Below are positions 20,053-29,784 of a DNA stretch of 64,000 nucleotides, piece after piece. Location of the stretch: NCBI GenBank assembly GCA_965223795.1, contig CBDCXL010000002.1, forward strand, positions 2,560,001 to 2,624,000, written 5' to 3'. Every line of letters starts with the position of its first letter. Position 1 is the stretch's first letter. The DNA is from Nitrospinales bacterium (GTDB lineage: Bacteria > Nitrospinota > Nitrospinia > Nitrospinales > VA-1). Made by a program: the position numbers and the translations under genes. Below the pieces are notes generated by a model, which searched no databases, had not been told where the DNA came from, and saw only the letters and a program-made list of their open reading frames with translations.

Positions 20053-20631
20053 ATGCGACGACCGATGAAAAACGGATGGACGCGGATGCTGATTTTAAGC
20101 ATCCTTTTTTTCATGACTTCGGCGCAGGGCCCCGCCGAGCTGATCGACCAGGCGCCGGAACTGGATTACGAAGCCATTTTCAAGGAAGGGCTGAAGCGGC
20201 GCGGCACCTACCTCAATATTTCCGGCAAGAAGATCGGCGACGACGGCTTGAAGGTGCTGCTCACGAAGGACTGGCTCAAGAAAGTCAAAAAGATCGATAT
20301 CCGCTACAACGACCTCACTGAAGAAGGCGCGAAAATCCTCGCCAACGCGCCGGAGCTGCCCAAGCTGCAGTCTCTGATTTTAAGGCACAACTTCTTCGCC
20401 GACAACGGCAGCGTCACGTTTTCCAAAACGAAGAGTTTCCCCAACCTCAAGGAGCTGCAGCTCGGCTGGAACGAGGTGCGGGACGCGGGCGCGCTGGCGA
20501 TCGGCCGGGCGCAGAAAGAATCGTTTCCCAAGCTGCAGAAGCTAGACCTGCGCGGCAATTTCCTGGCGGACGAAACCAAAAGCGAACTGAAAAAAACGCT
20601 CCCCCACCTCAAATCGCTCAAATTGTACTGA
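20053..20631 (+). CDS. Exported leucine-rich repeat protein
   Basis: Hydrophobic N-terminus and LxxLxLxxN repeats. Confidence 0.82.
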   Translation: MRRPMKNGWTRMLILSILFFMTSAQGPAELIDQAPELDYEAIFKEGLKRRGTYLNISGKKIGDDGLKVLLTKDWLKKVKKIDIRYNDLTEEGAKILANAPELPKLQSLILRHNFFADNGSVTFSKTKSFPNLKELQLGWNEVRDAGALAIGRAQKESFPKLQKLDLRGNFLADETKSELKKTLPHLKSLKLY

Positions 20632-20734
20632 TTGGGCCATTCCCGGTGCATGTGTGGAAGCCGGATTGTCACAAGAAGTCACTTCTTTCGCCGCCTTTCC
20701 TTTATACTGATGGGGAATTTTCAATAAGGAAAAC

Positions 20735-21199
20735 ATGGCCATGGAAATCAGCATCAGCACAGCCTGGCTGATAGCCGGAGCGATCCTGATATTGCTCGAA
20801 TTGACCGTTATTCAGGGCATCGGTTTTCTTTTCGCGGGACTGGGAGCACTTTGCGTCGGCGGCATGCTCATCGCCGGCTTGATTGCAGAGCTTTCCGATC
20901 AATTTATCTGGTTTTTCATTTTCACTGCGATCTGGGCTCTAGTATTGTGGAAACCTCTGAAGAGATTCATCGAGGGTAAGGATTCCGGTTTTGACGATAT
21001 GGTCGGAAGCACGGCTATTGTCATCAATCAACCCCTCGAAAAAGGAAAGTTGGGTGAGGTGAAATGGTCTGGAGCCATTATGAAATGTGAGTATGATAAC
21101 GAAGGCAGGGGGAAAGATGTCATCGCCCCTGGGGCGGAAGTTGTCATTGCAGGAATTTCAAAGGGAGTGTTGATTGTCAAAGAAAAGTTTTCAGATTGA
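20735..21199 (+). CDS. Short NfeD-family (YbbJ-like) membrane protein
   Basis: WLIAGAILILLEL, C-terminal OB-fold region (GEVKWSG), directly upstream of an SPFH gene. Confidence 0.85.
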   Translation: MAMEISISTAWLIAGAILILLELTVIQGIGFLFAGLGALCVGGMLIAGLIAELSDQFIWFFIFTAIWALVLWKPLKRFIEGKDSGFDDMVGSTAIVINQPLEKGKLGEVKWSGAIMKCEYDNEGRGKDVIAPGAEVVIAGISKGVLIVKEKFSD

Positions 21200-21237
21200 T
21201 GAGGCAGATTTTTGTTCTTTAAGCTTATGGAGGAATT

Positions 21238-22188
21238 ATGGAATTTAATCCATTATTGCTTGCCATGGCTTTTATCGTGTTTCTGTTTGTCTGGAACGGT
21301 ATCAAGCTTGTGCCGCAACAGAGTGCCTGGGTCGTTGAGCGGCTGGGGCGATTCAATCAAACTTTACATGCCGGCCTTCATTTCATCATTCCTTTCGTAG
21401 ACAGAATTGCTTACCGCCACTCTCTTAAGGAAAGCGCCATCGATATTCCCAGTCAATCCGCCATTACAAAAGACAATGTGACTTTAGTCATCGACGGGAT
21501 TTTGTATTTGAAAATCACCGATCCGAAACAGGCATCCTACGGGGTGCTCGATGCCAGATATGCAATCACTCAACTGGCTCAGACAACCATGAGGTCTGAA
21601 CTTGGCAAGATGACTTTGGATAAAACATTTGAAGAAAGGAATACGCTGAACGCGAATATTGTTTTGGCGATCAACGAAGCGTCCAATGTTTGGGGCACGC
21701 AATGTCTGCGTTATGAGATCAAGGATATAACGCCTCCGGAAAGTGTTCTCAGGGCCATGGAACTGCAGGTGGCTGCCGAAAGAAAAAAAAGAGCCGAGGT
21801 GCTCGATTCAGAAGGGAAGCGGCAATCGCAAATCAATATCGCGGAAGGTGAAAAGAGAGAGGTGGTCTTGAAGTCCGAAGGCGCGCTCACCGATCAGGTC
21901 AACAGGGCAAAAGGCGAGGCCGAAGCCATTCTGGCCGTAGCCAAAGCAACCGCGGAAAGTATCGAGCTGGTTGCATCGTCCATTCAGAAATCGGGTGGGG
22001 AAAAAGCCGTGGCCCTTAAATTGGCCGAGCAGTATATAGAAGCGTTTTCCAACCTGGCCAAAGAGACGAACACCGTTTTATTGCCGACACAGGCAGGGGA
22101 TGCCGGATCCATGGTGGCTCAGGCATTATCTGTATTCAAATCCATTCAGGATCAAAACTCCCCTCAGAAAAAACAAGATACGGAATGA
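21238..22188 (+). CDS. SPFH/stomatin-like (paraslipin/QmcA-type) protein
   Basis: VVERLGRF, ITKDNV, AQTTMRSELGK, RYEIKDI, AERKKRA. Confidence 0.93.
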   Translation: MEFNPLLLAMAFIVFLFVWNGIKLVPQQSAWVVERLGRFNQTLHAGLHFIIPFVDRIAYRHSLKESAIDIPSQSAITKDNVTLVIDGILYLKITDPKQASYGVLDARYAITQLAQTTMRSELGKMTLDKTFEERNTLNANIVLAINEASNVWGTQCLRYEIKDITPPESVLRAMELQVAAERKKRAEVLDSEGKRQSQINIAEGEKREVVLKSEGALTDQVNRAKGEAEAILAVAKATAESIELVASSIQKSGGEKAVALKLAEQYIEAFSNLAKETNTVLLPTQAGDAGSMVAQALSVFKSIQDQNSPQKKQDTE

Positions 22189-22393
22189 GATTTTGAAAAT
22201 TCTCATTCTTGTAAAAAGTTTAGTTCTATTGAATACGATTGATTCTGAACGAACCGCGCTCTGCGTGGGCATCAGGCTGGCATATCCTAATTCATGACCT
22301 GAATCCATTTCTAGATTATTGCCATCTTTGGCACCGCCATTTTTGTGGACATTTCCTGGTAATTTGGCACTACCATAATAATTGGTGACTAAA

Positions 22394-22882
22394 ATGGATA
22401 TAGCATCACTTGTTATTGCAAAAGCTGATGAGGAATCGGAAAAAGGCAATCATCAAGCCGCTTTTAAACTTTTCCTCGAAGGTGCGGAAAGGAATATTTA
22501 TGAGTGCAAAAACAGGCTTGGAATATGCTATGAATGTGGATTGGGTGTCAAAAAGAATATCAAAAAGGCTATTTATTGGTACAGAAGGGCCATTGAGGGT
22601 GATAATTCTTTGTCGGCGATGAACAACCTGGCTCTTCTTTATTTTAAGAGAAAGAATCAGCGCAGAGCTAAATACTGGTATAAAAAGGCCATCAAAGCGG
22701 GTGACTCAGGTGAGCCCTCTCTGGAGTTGGCTAAGATCTACTTGGAATCAAAAAGCAATAAGCACAATATAAAAATGGCCAACCATTATCTGGCTATTAC
22801 ACTCAAATGTAAGCCTTATAATACTATTTCCCAAGATGCCTTTGATGAGGCTAATCGTCTTTGGCAGAAACATTTTGCCTGA
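22394..22882 (+). CDS. Sel1-repeat protein (AT-rich)
   Basis: LGICYECGLGVKKNIKKAIYWYRRA and AMNNLA...WYKKA. Confidence 0.8.
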   Translation: MDIASLVIAKADEESEKGNHQAAFKLFLEGAERNIYECKNRLGICYECGLGVKKNIKKAIYWYRRAIEGDNSLSAMNNLALLYFKRKNQRRAKYWYKKAIKAGDSGEPSLELAKIYLESKSNKHNIKMANHYLAITLKCKPYNTISQDAFDEANRLWQKHFA

Positions 22883-23054
22883 CATGCCCATCGCTAGAGT
22901 TCTGTTGATTGGAGAGTCTCCCAGTTAAGAGATTTAGAAAGAGGTTAAAGGGAGCAAGTTTAGGCTTGATATAATTTCCTTCCATTGATCCCATCACGAC
23001 TTGGCGGTGTTTCCCCTTTGTGAGTGGAGCAAGGCCGCGCGTTTTAAAACGGTT

Positions 23055-23120
23055 TCACCCTTCGACAGGCTCAGGGTGACAGCAATTTTATTATCCCGCC
23101 TTTATCCTGTTCATCCTGTC
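23055..23120. repeat. Composite repeat cluster: family D hairpin plus family A (minus strand)
   Basis: TCACCCTTCGACAGGCTCAGGGTGAC at 23055-23080. Reverse complement of 23091-23120 is GACAGGATGAACAGGATAAAGGCGGGATAA. Confidence 0.85.
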
Positions 23121-23150
23121 AAAGTTTCACTCCTTTGCGGGTTTCCAGGT

Positions 23151-24698
23151 TCACGGTTTCCAGCGGTTTCTTTCGATCATTCGTTTGAAGCCACGTGTGG
23201 ATGTGGAGACCGGGTTCAGCCAAGTTAAGATGCGTTCCCGTTTCCATTTCTTTCCGCTTGCCTCTCCGGGAGGCAGCAGTTCGTACCGGTACAACTCGAT
23301 GCGGATGTGCTTGGGCGGCCGCTCCGGAAACGGATCGTTCGCCAGCAGGCTCAACGCGCCCGCATCGTTGTGCAGCAGTTTCCATACCAGATGAAAGATC
23401 CAGGGATGCCGTTCCGGAACGCTCATGGCGGCGAACCAGATCTGCCAGTCCAGCCGGTAATGGTACGGCGAAACGATGGGGTGCGGCCGGTCCACCGCGC
23501 CCGGTTTGGCTTTGAACTCGTACGCTCTCCATTGAGTATCGGCATCGATCGATGCGTCGGCGGTTCCTTCGAGGATGAGTTCGTGTCTCTTCTTGCCGAC
23601 CGCTCCGAAGGCGCCGTAGGTGTTCACCAGACGCAGCCGGTCGAAGGACGTGTTCATGATCTGGCCTGGTGACACGATGTTTTTTACGACCGGAATGCTC
23701 AAGACGGCTACCACCAGCACCAGCGCGTAAGACAGCCGGACGGGCCAGGTACCGGGTTTCGCGTTTTTATCGGCCTGCTCCGCTTTCTCTATGATGATTT
23801 GCGGCAGAACGTGACGCAGGAAGCTGTCGTCGAAGCAGCCTAGGGTCGCCAGAATGGTCAACCAGTTGAGGAAGGACAGGTTGCCGCCCAGGATGAGCAA
23901 TATCTGAAAGAACACCAGCAGCAATCCCGCCAGGTGACGGGCGAGGCGGGGGCCGAAGACGAAGAAGGGAACCAGCAGCTCGGTGAAATGGTTCCATAAA
24001 ACCTCGAATTTATGAAACCAGACCGGCATGAAATGAAACCACGGGCTCAACGGATTGGGCAGAGGCTGGGTTTCGTAGTGATAGAGCATGCAGGTCCAGT
24101 CCCGCCAGCACGCATCGCCGCGAATTTTGATCAGTCCCGCCCCCAAGTAGATCCGGAAGGTCAGCCAGCGCAACAGCCAGAAGACAGCGGCCGGTGGCGG
24201 CGAGCGGGGAAAGGGCCGCGGGTCCAGCAGCGGACACATGAAAATCCCGAGAAAACCTGTTTCGAGCAGCTGCATTTCCCAGCCGAATCCGTACCAGGTC
24301 TGGCCGACGTTGACGAAGGACATGTACACGAACCAGAGAATGAGCAGGATCGGAACGTTGGCGAACCCGATCAAGACCACGAAGGACAGGAGGGTTCCGA
24401 GCCATGCGAAAGCCACCAGCATGCTGTCTGACAGATGAAACCAGAACAGCGACGGAATGTTCAGGAAGGCGTCGAAGGTGGATTCGTATCGGGACCCGAC
24501 GATGCCGGTGAAGTTTTTTGCCGGCAGCAGTCCGTTTTCGCCGATCAGGGGCAGGCCCTGGTTGACGAGAATCAGGAAGCCAACGAAATACATTCCCCCC
24601 AAAAATCTCAAGAAAACGAAACGGGTGAGCCAATATGCAGGTGGGGTGTTCACACCGTAACCCAGTATCCGCAACCCTTTTTTGACGGCTTCAACCAT
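23151..24698 (-). CDS. Lipase maturation factor (LMF1-like) membrane protein
   Basis: WYGFGWEMQLLETGFL, HYETQPLPNP, GNLSFLNWLT, PYHYRLDWQIWF. Confidence 0.92.
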   Translation of the reverse strand: MVEAVKKGLRILGYGVNTPPAYWLTRFVFLRFLGGMYFVGFLILVNQGLPLIGENGLLPAKNFTGIVGSRYESTFDAFLNIPSLFWFHLSDSMLVAFAWLGTLLSFVVLIGFANVPILLILWFVYMSFVNVGQTWYGFGWEMQLLETGFLGIFMCPLLDPRPFPRSPPPAAVFWLLRWLTFRIYLGAGLIKIRGDACWRDWTCMLYHYETQPLPNPLSPWFHFMPVWFHKFEVLWNHFTELLVPFFVFGPRLARHLAGLLLVFFQILLILGGNLSFLNWLTILATLGCFDDSFLRHVLPQIIIEKAEQADKNAKPGTWPVRLSYALVLVVAVLSIPVVKNIVSPGQIMNTSFDRLRLVNTYGAFGAVGKKRHELILEGTADASIDADTQWRAYEFKAKPGAVDRPHPIVSPYHYRLDWQIWFAAMSVPERHPWIFHLVWKLLHNDAGALSLLANDPFPERPPKHIRIELYRYELLPPGEASGKKWKRERILTWLNPVSTSTRGFKRMIERNRWKP

Positions 24699-24788
24699 AG
24701 GGGAGAATGCGTGTGAATGAATTTTGGAATATTGAATATATTTGGTTTCTACCGGAATCCACAGTTAAAAATAGCATATACTCAAAGC

Positions 24789-25211
24789 ATGAAACCCGTG
24801 CTCATATATGACGGAGATTGCGGATTCTGTCTCTACTGGATCAAAAAATGGAATCGTAGAACCGAAGACCGCGTGGATTATGCCCCGTATCAGACGGTCG
24901 GCCAGGCGTATCCGCAAATTGCTTCAGATCAATTTGAGCGATCGGTTCAACTTGTCAAGCCGGATGGGGAAATCGTGGCGGGCGCCAAGGCCGTGTTCGA
25001 AACCCTGGCGTGCCATCCGGATTCTGCATGGCTGCTGAGGACTTACAAGAAATATCCCCTGTTCGCCAAAGTGGCTGAATCGGTTTATGATTGTGTCGCT
25101 AAAAACCGCCATGCGCTGTCCACCGTTTTCAGGTGGTTCGGCATTGGAAAGTTACAATCCTTCCTCCTGGTATTTTTATCCTGCCAAATAAAAATGGCCC
25201 CGCCAACCTAG
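24789..25211 (+). CDS. DCC1-like (DUF393) thiol-disulfide oxidoreductase
   Basis: LIYDGDCGFC motif and YDCVAKNR. Confidence 0.85.
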   Translation: MKPVLIYDGDCGFCLYWIKKWNRRTEDRVDYAPYQTVGQAYPQIASDQFERSVQLVKPDGEIVAGAKAVFETLACHPDSAWLLRTYKKYPLFAKVAESVYDCVAKNRHALSTVFRWFGIGKLQSFLLVFLSCQIKMAPPT

Positions 25212-25339
25212 CGAGGCCCATTTATGCGTTTCCATGATCCAGTCAAAAACGGTTTGAGTTTTGCGAAACGTTACACTTTCGTGAACCCCTTTGCGGCCTG
25301 TCGCTTTTGCATGCAGTTCAGGTATGTGCGTGAGGCTCC

Positions 25340-25448
25340 CCCTTCGGCAAGCTCAGGGTGGCGGTGGGCATCGAGTGACTGGAAGGGTGGGGAGGGAGAA
25401 GGATTATGGTTATTCTGTTTTTTCCGCTTTTACCCTGTTCATCCTGTT
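25340..25448. repeat. Composite repeat cluster: family D-like plus family A (minus strand)
   Basis: CCCTTCGGCAAGCTCAGGGTGGC at 25340-25362. Reverse complement of 25421-25448 is AACAGGATGAACAGGGTAAAAGCGGAAA. Confidence 0.75.
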
Positions 25449-25458
25449 CAAGCTATAT

Positions 25459-25701
25459 CTAAATGCCGACGATGCCGGAGTCCTCGTCGAGAAAGAAGCT
25501 GGATCCATCGGGACCGCGGTAGGCGATCTCCTTCACTTCCCACAGATGCTTTTTCTTCACATCCGCTTCGGCGGCGTGGAACCGTCCTTTGTCCTCGCGC
25601 TGCAGGAGAAGGAATTTGTTGTCGTTGTTGGAGACGATGTCCCAGGTGTGGTACTCGCTTTGAACCTTGCCTTTTTCAAAATCGATGTCGATGATGTTCA
25701 T
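25459..25701 (-). CDS. Small hypothetical protein (80 aa)
   Basis: ATG start, host-like codon usage, directly downstream of ctpA. Confidence 0.65.
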   Translation of the reverse strand: MNIIDIDFEKGKVQSEYHTWDIVSNNDNKFLLLQREDKGRFHAAEADVKKKHLWEVKEIAYRGPDGSSFFLDEDSGIVGI

Positions 25702-25727
25702 GCTGCCTGCCGCGGAGTGAGAAATAT

Positions 25728-27293
25728 TCAGTAGTGGATGTTGGCCGCGATGTCGCGGGCTTTTTTGAGCGTCTGTTTCTTGTTGGCGATGGTCAGGTTT
25801 TTCAGAACGATGTGGGCGAACTGCAGGCTGGAGTCGATCTCCTTGTCCTTCGCGGCGCCGCTTTCGAGCAGGTATTTTTCCAGTTCCGCGGTCTCGAGGT
25901 GGACGGACGGCGACTGAAAATTGCGGCTTTTTTTCACGCCCAGCGTGTCCTTGCGTTCCTCCGGGGTCAGCTCCTTGACGATCTTGATTTCCGGAACGAT
26001 GCCGTGCTCGGTGATGTCGATGCCCGAGGGGGTGAAGTATTTCGACGTGGTGAGCCTGAGCCCGGAACCGTCGCTGATGCGGAAAATCGTCTGCACGGAG
26101 CCCTTGCCGTAGGAGTTCTCGCCGATGATCAGGGCCTTGCCGGAATCGCGCATCGCCCCGGCGACGATTTCCGACGCGCTGGCGCTGTGCCGGTTGATGA
26201 GCACCACCACCGGCATGTGCAACAGGCTGTTGCGGTACTGCGCCCGGTATTCCTTATAGTCGCTCTTGCGCCGGCCCTGGGTGTAGACGATCATGCGGCC
26301 GCGGAAAAGGAAATGGCTGGCGACTTTGACGGACTGGTTCAACAGCCCGCCGGGGTTGTCCCTGAGATCGATGATGAACGCCTTGACGCCGTCGCGTTTC
26401 GCCTGCGCCAGACCTTCCTTGAGCTGATCGTTGGTCTGCTTGGAGAAACTTGAGATTTTGAGATAGCCGATTCTGTCCTTGCGGGTCTCGTAGGTCACCG
26501 TCTCGATGGCGATGATCTCGCGGGTGAGGCTGTACGTCTTGTCCTTGTTGCTGCTGGGACGCGAGAGGGTGACCGACACCTTGGTGTTCGGATAACCGCG
26601 CAGCATTTCGGCCAGGTCGTGGATCTGCAGGCCGGATACGTCCTTTCCGTTCACTTTCAGGAACACGTCGTCGGGAAGGATGCCGGCGCGCCGGGCGGGC
26701 CCGTTTCGCATGGTTTTCACCACCATGAGCTTTTTGTCCTTCATGGTGACGATCATTCCCAGCCCGCCGTATTTTCCTTCGGTGTCGCGCATGGACTTGT
26801 CGAACGCGGATTTATCCAGGTACTGGGAATAGGGGTCCAGCGAATTCATGATGCCGATGATGGCGGCGGTTTCCAGGTCCTGTTTGGAGTGCTTGCCCCG
26901 GGATTCCTCGAGCAGGAAATAATAGACCTTTTTGAACGAGGACATGTCGTGCGCCGGGTCGTAGTTGAGGTCGTAGCTCACTTCCAGCTTGGTGCCCTTG
27001 ATGGACTGGCCCAGCGAGGTTTTTTTCACCACCAGGCTGTCGCGGCCGATCATGGTCAGCATCTCGTCGATCGCCGCGGCGAACAGCTTTTTATAATCGG
27101 GAGGATAGACGTATTTTTCCGCGATCAGGTCCACCACCTCGTCGAACAGTTCGAGGTCGTCGTTGAAAAATCCGGCGTGCGCCTTGGGCACCCACGGATT
27201 GTCGGACTTGAGGACGGTGGGCGAGAACAGCAGAATGCCTGCAAAAACGACCGCTACGAGGGAGATCCAACCTTTGGACTGGAATTTCGGCAT
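25728..27293 (-). CDS. ctpA: Carboxy-terminal processing protease, S41A family
   Basis: LDPYS, PDZ domain, DLRDNPGG, SASASEI, YGKGSVQ. Confidence 0.92.
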   Translation of the reverse strand: MPKFQSKGWISLVAVVFAGILLFSPTVLKSDNPWVPKAHAGFFNDDLELFDEVVDLIAEKYVYPPDYKKLFAAAIDEMLTMIGRDSLVVKKTSLGQSIKGTKLEVSYDLNYDPAHDMSSFKKVYYFLLEESRGKHSKQDLETAAIIGIMNSLDPYSQYLDKSAFDKSMRDTEGKYGGLGMIVTMKDKKLMVVKTMRNGPARRAGILPDDVFLKVNGKDVSGLQIHDLAEMLRGYPNTKVSVTLSRPSSNKDKTYSLTREIIAIETVTYETRKDRIGYLKISSFSKQTNDQLKEGLAQAKRDGVKAFIIDLRDNPGGLLNQSVKVASHFLFRGRMIVYTQGRRKSDYKEYRAQYRNSLLHMPVVVLINRHSASASEIVAGAMRDSGKALIIGENSYGKGSVQTIFRISDGSGLRLTTSKYFTPSGIDITEHGIVPEIKIVKELTPEERKDTLGVKKSRNFQSPSVHLETAELEKYLLESGAAKDKEIDSSLQFAHIVLKNLTIANKKQTLKKARDIAANIHY

Positions 27294-27376
27294 CAAATTT
27301 TATCCCCAATGGTATCGAATTGAGACAGCATGCTCAGGTGTGCATGTAATCCTGGTGTCGCTTGGTCTGGATACGA

Positions 27377-28000
27377 TTATCCATTATAGCCTAAAACGTC
27401 TTGAAAAATAAGGTCTAAATTATCCGTCATCTTGTCCACGTCGCCGGCGGTGAGACTCGGGGCCACTTTGAGCACATCGTTGATGATGATGGTCGGCGTT
27501 TCGTTGGCCTTGTACTGTTTCGCCAGATCCAGTGCTTTTTGCACTTTGGCCTGGATCTTGGGCGACTGCATGCCGTCCTGCATTTCCTGGCTGACGCCGT
27601 GATCCTTGGCCAGAAAACGGATGACCTTGGGCTGGAAGATGTTGATGTTCAACTTGAAGTTGGTGTCGAACAGCTCCTGGGTGAACTTTTCCTCGATGCC
27701 GAGCCCGTCCGCGATGTAAAACGCCTGGGCCGGGTAGGGGGTCTGGTTGCCCCAGTAGATGGGGTACTTTTTGTGGTGGAGCTTGTCCTTGTATTTTTCG
27801 TGCAGCCGTTTGGAAGCTTCCAGGAAGCGGTAGCAGTGGCCGCAAGAATAATTGAAAAATTCGAGCATTTCAATGGTTTTGGCGCCCTTTAACGACTTAA
27901 TGTCGCCGATCAGCTCGTATTTTCCCCGGATCTTGTCTCCGGCGGCGGCAACGGCCGGAAACAACAGGGCGAGCATGAGGAGGGTCAGAAACGGTTTCAT
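27377..28000 (-). CDS. DsbA-family thiol:disulfide oxidoreductase
   Basis: EFFNYSCGHC, ETPT cis-Pro loop, signal peptide. Confidence 0.85.
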   Translation of the reverse strand: MKPFLTLLMLALLFPAVAAAGDKIRGKYELIGDIKSLKGAKTIEMLEFFNYSCGHCYRFLEASKRLHEKYKDKLHHKKYPIYWGNQTPYPAQAFYIADGLGIEEKFTQELFDTNFKLNINIFQPKVIRFLAKDHGVSQEMQDGMQSPKIQAKVQKALDLAKQYKANETPTIIINDVLKVAPSLTAGDVDKMTDNLDLIFQDVLGYNG

Positions 28001-28069
28001 GAGATTCTCCTGATTCGCGTGACGATGTTTATCCCCAGAAAGCCAGCCCGGCTTCGGTGCCTTCCGCCG

Positions 28070-29422
28070 TCAGTGCCGGATTTTCGGCCAGTAGGTGGAA
28101 TAGTTGAAATTGGGGCTGTGGTTCTTGACATGGCATTTTTTGCAGGCCTGTTTCGCGTCCGGGCCGAACCCTTTGGACGGGGCCTGGGAATGCTTGAGCG
28201 CCGGTCCGTGGCAGACTTCGCACTGAACGTTTTTCAGCTCGGCCGTGTCGATCTCGCTGATGAACCCGCCTTCGTCGTTGAACCCGGTGACATGGCAGAC
28301 CAGGCATTCCGGATCGAAGGCCTTGTTGATTTTATCCAGTGTCGCGTAGGCGTGTCCGTGACGGGATTCGCTCCAGATCCTGTGCTGGTCCGGATGGCAG
28401 GTCTGACACACTTTCTCGGTGGCGTAGATTTTCTTTTTGTCTTTGTTTCTCCGGGCCTTCAAGGATTCGAAAAACAGCGCTTCGACTTCCTGATTGTATT
28501 GTTCGTATAACTTTACCATTTCCGAATCGAATGGGATACTGGAATCCAGCCGCACCATTTTCTGCTCGAAAGACAGCTTCCCGTCCGCGCCGATCGCCAC
28601 TTTGAGCTCGCCCATTTTCTGGCCGCGCGGACCCGGCTGCACCAGGATTTTTTCTCCCCGGATCTCCGGGGTCATGTCGATCTGGTCGGTATCCTTTTCG
28701 ATATGGCCGTTCACCACCACGTCCACGCCCGCAATGTCCAGGTAGGCGCGGGCGTTTTCCCGGCTCATGTGGGTCAGCAGCACGATCAGATCCGGCTTTT
28801 CCTTCTTTTCGATTTCCTCGACCAGCGTTTTCACGGTGCCCTGGGGGCTCTGCACCTGGCCGCCGGAATGGTGCGCGCTGTAGTAGATCGTTGGATCGGC
28901 GACGGCGAGCACCGCGGCGCTGCGTCCGTTAGCAAACCGCTTGATGCGGTACTGCGGCAGAGACAGCGGCTCGAGCTTGAAGTTGCTCAAAAGCCAGGGA
29001 ATGCCCTCGGCGTTTTCGATCAGCTCGTTGCCGTAGACAAAATCGTGCTCGCCCAGGGCCACAGCGTCGTATTGCATCTTCTTCATGGCCTGGATGAGGA
29101 ATTTGGCCTTGAGGACGCCCTGGCGGGTCGGTTCCTTGAAATTGTCGCCCGTGTCCACGACGAGCAGGTTTTCGGCGCGGGTGCGGACGTCTTTGAAGTA
29201 GCTCATGCGGCGCTCGAAGCCGCCCTGGTCTTCCTCCTTGGCGCAGCCGCAGGGCTTGAGCTCGCCCAGGGTGTTGCCGGAATAGACGATCCAGATTTCC
29301 GCGGGACCTTTATTAGCAGCAGGCGCGGGTTTGTCCGTCGCGGAAGAAAGCGTCATCTTCCCGGATGTGCAGCCCAGGACGATGCAAACGGCCAGGATCC
29401 AGGCGCTGAGTGATTTCGACAT
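28070..29422 (-). CDS. Lipoprotein: UshA/5'-nucleotidase-like domain fused to a tetraheme cytochrome c (c554-like) domain
   Basis: Lipobox VLGC, PCGC...GG, VDTGD, GEHD, and four CxxCH motifs (CQTCH, CLVCH, CEVCH, CKKCH). Confidence 0.85.
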   Translation of the reverse strand: MSKSLSAWILAVCIVLGCTSGKMTLSSATDKPAPAANKGPAEIWIVYSGNTLGELKPCGCAKEEDQGGFERRMSYFKDVRTRAENLLVVDTGDNFKEPTRQGVLKAKFLIQAMKKMQYDAVALGEHDFVYGNELIENAEGIPWLLSNFKLEPLSLPQYRIKRFANGRSAAVLAVADPTIYYSAHHSGGQVQSPQGTVKTLVEEIEKKEKPDLIVLLTHMSRENARAYLDIAGVDVVVNGHIEKDTDQIDMTPEIRGEKILVQPGPRGQKMGELKVAIGADGKLSFEQKMVRLDSSIPFDSEMVKLYEQYNQEVEALFFESLKARRNKDKKKIYATEKVCQTCHPDQHRIWSESRHGHAYATLDKINKAFDPECLVCHVTGFNDEGGFISEIDTAELKNVQCEVCHGPALKHSQAPSKGFGPDAKQACKKCHVKNHSPNFNYSTYWPKIRH

Positions 29423-29784
29423 GCTTAACTACCAGAAGCGGGAGCGCCGCGAACGGCGCCCGCCGGGTGAACGGGGAAGGTTTCCAACGGGTCCCCGGTT
29501 GCATCGGGGTGTCTTAAGATTAACTAAAATAACGCGTCAACGCAACCGGGCCGGCGCATTCCGCGAAACCGCAACACGACTCAGTATGGACAGTCCGGGC
29601 GCGATTGCGGACCGCTTGCGGGAAGCGGGTCCGCTGCCTGGCTTCGAGCGCTGCGGCGGGGCGCGGGAATGCAGCGAAAACGGCTGTCCGAAAGCCTTTC
29701 ATCCCGTTGCCGGGAAGGGTCTGTGCTATGAATTTCCGGTAAAGCGGAGTATCATATAAGTTTGCTCCCATGTGACCGAAAGTC

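Noticed and set aside
22326..22380. Two TTTGGCAC motifs as sigma-54 promoters
   Set aside because: Neither has TTGC at the required spacing.
29235..29260. Selenocysteine recoding in the PCGC motif
   Set aside because: Both codons are TGC and the ORF is uninterrupted.
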